In this document: piece by piece, positions 59,133 to 64,000 of the stretch
Position numbering within the stretch: position 1 is the stretch's first letter
Layout of the letters: the number at the start of each line of letters is the position of its first letter
NCBI GenBank assembly: GCA_026026165.1
Contig: JAPEUD010000038.1
Location: forward strand, 1-64,000
Source of the DNA: Sarea resinae
Taxonomy: Eukaryota
DNA: 64,000 nucleotides
Reading direction: 5' to 3'
Made by a program: the position numbers and the translations under genes
Notes under the pieces: model-generated
The model's database searches: none
The model's input: only the letters and a program-made list of their open reading frames with translations
Told to the model about the DNA's origin: nothing

Positions 59133-60495
59133 TTACGTCTCCTCTGACCCCACACCCCCAAACAACCTTGACCTCCTTCTCTGCACTTGCTCCCGCCTGC
59201 CTGCACTCTCTTCCATGCTGGATCCCAGGCCCGAATCCGACCTTCCGCCCCGGCCGTTCCTCATGCTATCCTCGTCATCCGCTGCCTCCCCTACGAGTGG
59301 CTGTATCGCGGTAGTTCCTTCAACCTCTTGGTCTTCGTCCTCGTCCTCATACTTTACTCGTGGGCTGCTATACCGAAGTGGCGGCTGGCGCGAATAAGTA
59401 GGGAACGTCCTTGACGTATCGGATAGATCCTCGGTCAACGGTGTCTCGAGGCCATTCTCTTCCTTCACCTCTCCACTATCTTTTTCGGGCTCTTCTTTGA
59501 CGCTTGGCTGCACGGGCGGAAGAGAGAACGCGTATGCTAGTGCCAGCCATGCAATGGCGGTAGATATCATCTCCACGAACCAGAAGAGAGTTGTGAAGAT
59601 GAAGAAAGAAATTATGCGGTGATTGTACATCAACCAACTGGTGGAGGATCGTCAGTGACTATGACTGAGCGTAGTGGAGCGAAGAAACAAACGAAAACAT
59701 TCTTACCGCAACCCATAAAACCTGGCCACAAATTTGACTTTGGCACTGTAAACTTGCATGGTCTCTCGACTCTGAATCTCAAGTCTTGTCGTGGAGGGTA
59801 TATTTCGCCATCCTCGCGCAAACTCCACACCTTCCATCATCTTGACCTCGAGCAGCTCGGCCTCTTTGCTCCATCCAAGAACGAACCAGGGTATTCCGGT
59901 AAGCTTGTGGGCCGTGCCAACCAGCTCGGAGGCATAGGTCAAGATTCCTGAGCGTCGCGAGTGTGCAAGTACGTCTGTCGATGTGGGCGACGTGAGCACG
60001 CTACCAGATGTGGGAGCGAGAAGCGAGAGATCGAGCATGAAGTTCCCGGCAGCGAGATTCGAGGGAGTGCGCGGAAGGTGAAGAGAGACGGTGACATCGT
60101 AGGGTTGTTCGGAGACCAGTTCCGCACTGTGGGAGACAGTACCATGAGGGAAGGAGCCTTCTCTATGGTCTGGTCAGCCGTGACGGGGAGCAAGACACGG
60201 GAAAGCGTACCGAAACTGGAGGTGCACGACGCGCTCGAGCCCAACTTGAGGAATATAGTTGAAGTAGAAAAGCGTATACGCTACGATCGCAAGCCCAAGC
60301 AAAACGAAGCTGGTGATGAACAGGAGGATTGTGCTGATGTATGCGCGCTGCGCCGGCTTGGAGGTTGCGGCACGGAAGGGGACCAAGGCGTTCGTCTGCA
60401 CATGGAAACGATCAATTGTCAGCTTCCATGAAAGAAGGCAGCTGGCTCACAAGAACATCATAAGCGCCAGGGCGCTCTTCATCAGAGCTCTCCAT
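59133..60495 (-). CDS. sei1: Seipin (lipid droplet biogenesis), multi-exon
   Basis: TM1 followed by FYFNYIPQVGLERVVHLQF, QQPYDVTVSLHLPRTPSNLAAGNFMLDL, QVYSAKVKFVARFYGLR and MYNHRIISFFIF (TM2). Predicted start MESSDEERP. Confidence 0.85.
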
Positions 60496-61092
60496 CAAGA
60501 GGCCTTGTCGCTCAATGCTGGTGGAGTTGATCGCATCACGTTTTGGATTGTCGAAGGCGGGTGCCTTGTTTACTGCTGTCTACGGGTATATTGATGTTTG
60601 TCTCGGTTCGCGAATGACGTTGCAGGCAGGCTTCAATGCCGCACTTGCGAATGCGAATGCGCAGGTTGCAGATCGCACATCGCAGGGAATAGATTTAGAA
60701 TATTCGCCATCGCAAATTCAGTCTACAGGCCTTAGATTACAGCTTGGATAAAATGTTACCGAAGCGAACGGTAGATGAGTAGTCACAGACCATGGTCTAC
60801 GAGTCTGCAAGTCGTGTGTCCGATCCGATAAACTCCATATCATCAATCTTATATACATGGCCCAGCCTGTACCAGAGAGAGAAGAACATTCGATCCCCGA
60901 GAGCGGATCTTCGTATCATGTAGCAGCAACGATAGCAAGAAAAATAAAAAAGGAAAAAGAACAGGCTTAAACAGTGACAGCGTCATCAGAGTCGTGAAAT
61001 ATGCTCCCCAAAGTCATCACAAATAATAGAAACAGACTGCGCTTGTAGAAGATTAGAAAGACACCACGACATTGACTACAGCTGCTTTCTGC

Positions 61093-64000
61093 TCAGCAAT
61101 TTTGCAGATAGTTGCTTGGCACCAGACCAGGCCGGCCCCTCTTTCCCCAGACCTCCGCTTCCCACCAGCCATCATCTTGCAAGCGCAAGACAGCCAGCGT
61201 GTCGCCTTTAGAGAAGCTCAATTCCTCGGGTATGGCTGCTTGATACATGTATAATGCACGAGCTGTGACTTCAATCAGCAATTCATTCTAGCATATGCAG
61301 TCATGAGAATAGGAAAGGGGAGGGAAGGGGAAGAGGGTAGTCTTGACTTACCGAAATGAATAATCGGCCTTCCATCGCGGGTATACTGTCTCGCATCTGC
61401 TACACTCTTGCTTCGCACCCTTCCCGCCTGGCTGACCGCATAGTTTCCGTCTTGTCCGCCACCATAATAGCTCATAGCACCCCCGCCAGTCCGCGGTTGT
61501 CGTGCCCCCTGGTCACCTCCGTACTGGGCAACTTCTGGCCCGGGAGCAAGCTGTAGTTGCATAGCTCCAGCACTACTACCTGGTCTCTCTGGCTGTCTGA
61601 ATTGGAGCTGCGGCTGAGGTGAAACAGCTCGAGGAGCTTCAGTAGCGGGCGATCCGCGCCGCGAATAGGAATAGCTCTGCTCGGAGCTCCGCTTGACTGG
61701 GCTCGAAGATTGTGCCCTCGGCCTGCCACTACCACTATATGGGTTCGGAGAAGCTGAACGGAATTTCTGGCGCTGCTCCCCATATACTGATGGCCGTGGG
61801 CTAGTACTTCTTGGTGGAGCCGGGCTTGTTGCTCGGATCACCTCTTGATTTTGTCCACTTCCGCGCTTTGCCTGCCTAGGCTGAGAGCCAGCATCGTACG
61901 GTTTTGCATTGCGACTCGCCGGGTTGAACATGTTCTGGGTCTGATTGGTATACTTGCGGGTGGTTTGTTGCATCTGTGCGGACGTGAACGCAGCCTGAGG
62001 TAAATCAAGCCTCTTCACAGGTTGCTCATAAGATGGTGGTGGTGTACCACGTTGAGCAGAAGCCAGCGCGCCGTTAGCCATTGGCGTTGGAACTGCACCC
62101 GCGCCAGGTGTACTAGGTGGAGCTGGAGTGGCAAGCCCATGGTATCGATCCGCAGACATACGCACAGATGACTGCTTAGTGACACCTTTGAGCTCCTCCA
62201 GGGCCTGAGCAATGGGATCCAGTTGTTCTTGGCTCGAACCTTGACCATCTTGCTTTTTCTTGCCTTGCTTATCCGGAGAGGCAACGTCAAAAACGTTGTT
62301 GCCGACATTGAGTTGGAAATTCGCGCGCGGATCAACCGGCTCAGGACTTCCAGAACGGCGGTCGCCACCTAGGATCATCGACCGAGGATCTTCTGTATAC
62401 ATTTGAGACCGTCGTTCAGCAGTTCCTGCACTTCCATTCCCACTTCGGCCGGACGAAGGACCCCAAGTATTCCGACTTCCAGGCAGGGCCATGCCGCCAG
62501 ACGGCTGAGACTGCTCCCGACCATCCTTATCATGCTTGCTCTTGCGTCTGAAAGGACTATGGCTCTGAAAAAATCCACTCTTCTTCTTCTGGACCACTCT
62601 CTCGTCTTCCACTGTCGCATTTTGGCCCAGCCCTCCTTGTTTCACTGGTGATTGCTTTCCACTAGGTGGTTCTTGGCTCGAAAACGAAGTTGGATTGGAA
62701 TATTCGCTTTGAGAGTCCCGACTGGATGGCCTAGCTGGGCTTGCGGCCGAACTTCGCTCAGACGGAGGGCCCGCACGGCAATACATGGTCATGCCATCCA
62801 TGGGATATTCATTATGGGGCACTGAGGGTACGGCGCCCATCGACTTAGCTTGCGCCCGTTGATACTCGGCCGGTGACTTCCTCTGGTAATCAAGCTGAGG
62901 CGGTCTCATTGGAGGCTGGGCCGCCGTTTGTGGCGTCATAGTGGTCTCGCGACTAGGTGGCGTGTGCGGATCTTGGTGAGACAGCTGCGCTGCCAGAATG
63001 GACTGAGGGTCATGGTGAGACTCATAGGTTGATGGTTGAGGTGATGAACTTCTGAATGCCGGATTGATCGTGCGCTGAAATTGAGCAACCGAGTAATTGT
63101 CATCCTCTGACGCCTCAGACGAAGTGTCGTTGATATCTCCTCGGCAGAAGTTGATGTATTTTGGAGGGTCCGGAATCTCTTGTCCAGTTCCTTTGCCCTG
63201 TATAAAACTGTTGATGTCTTTCTCTACTTCGCATCCTTCGAGCGAAAGTCGAATTTTCTCGCATGACTGGCGATTGGATCAGAAGATGAGAAGCGATAGA
63301 CAGGTGCTTGGACTTACTGCATCATCACTGACACACACCGTTGACGCAATATTGGCAAAGCTCCAAAGACTGCTCTTCGTAAAGTCTAATCTCTCTTCTT
63401 CAAGATCTTGGAATTTCTGCATCCCTCGTCAGCCACAAGAAACAATCTACGAAGACGGGCAATACTGACATCACAAGCGGCCTTCCAATCCCGATTCCAC
63501 CGACCTGTGGTTTCTTCCAGTACCTTTACTGCAGCCTCATACTCATTACTTGTTGTCGCTAGTTGGATTTGCGTCTTCTCCAATTTTGCCTTGTTCTTCC
63601 GCTCTTCTTGGCCCATCACCATGTGTCCCTGTGCAAGATAACCTTTGATCCTGAGGCAATCTTGCTCATATCGATCTCGTGTCTTTTGCCGAATCAGTCT
63701 TGCTCTTCTGCAACCTTGAGAGCTTGTGTTTGACAAACCTTGTTGACGGCGTGTGTCTGCTGAACCTTCACCTTCAACAACTTTTCAACGCCGCTTTGCA
63801 CGATTTTCCGTCTCTCTTTCATACCGCCAGCGAATGCTGCCAACGGCTCCTCAAGCTCACTCTTCATTTGGGCGGCAATGCTCTGATGCGCTTTGCCCAT
63901 GGACTCAACCTCGCCACGCATGACATCGAGAGATATTCGTAGCGTGCCGGCCTCCTGAGAGCCTAAAGGTTTACGGCATAAAGAAAGTAATTTGCGGGAA
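61093..64000 (-). CDS. cdc15: F-BAR/SH3 cytokinesis protein (Cdc15/Imp2/Hof1/SepA-interacting type), 5' end outside the window
   Basis: F-BAR (GEVESMGKAHQSIA, TRDRYEQDCLRIKGYLAQ, EEERLDFTKSSLWSFANI, GTGQEIPDPPKYINF), a disordered SP-rich middle, and SH3 ARALYMYQAAIPEELSFSKGD...DDGWW...GLVPSNY. Confidence 0.9.

Noticed and set aside
1..64000. CRISPR arrays, rRNA/tRNA genes, intact transposases, or a biosynthetic gene cluster
   Set aside because: None seen. Repeats are microsatellites or short LTR-like units, and there is no intact PKS, NRPS or DUF3328 gene. Small ncRNAs cannot be excluded by eye.

Overview
A gene-dense stretch of a filamentous ascomycete (Pezizomycotina) nuclear genome, with short GT-AG introns and CTRAY branch sites. 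It holds about 23 mostly conserved protein-coding genes: DHA1 MFS transporter (partial), cyclin T/K, the cutA-type HAD phosphatase/gldB glycerol dehydrogenase divergent pair, Sch9, Rsc7/Npl6, a carboxylesterase, Clg1 cyclin, Rpt5, trimethyllysine dioxygenase, an F-box-like protein, a secreted repeat protein, Vps35, DUF1749 hydrolase, TRAPPC12-like, a Rum1-like protein, Duo1, RNase H2B, Mcm10, Pby1, seipin and a Cdc15/Hof1 F-BAR protein (partial). Best leads: (1) a spliced 'hypothetical' gene carrying the ordered motif set of the S. pombe CDK inhibitor Rum1; (2) a secreted precursor with tandem dibasic-terminated peptide repeats, a candidate Kex2-processed peptide precursor; (3) a Pby1 intron whose donor overlaps a stop codon, allowing SurE-only versus SurE-TTL products; (4) a 1.4-kb AUG-free region with one uORF upstream of clg1; (5) a kinase-like pseudogene with RIP-type stops; (6) three copies of a ~118-bp solo-LTR-like element. 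All homology calls come from motif recognition by eye and recalled family knowledge, not database searches. Exon boundaries are manual predictions.
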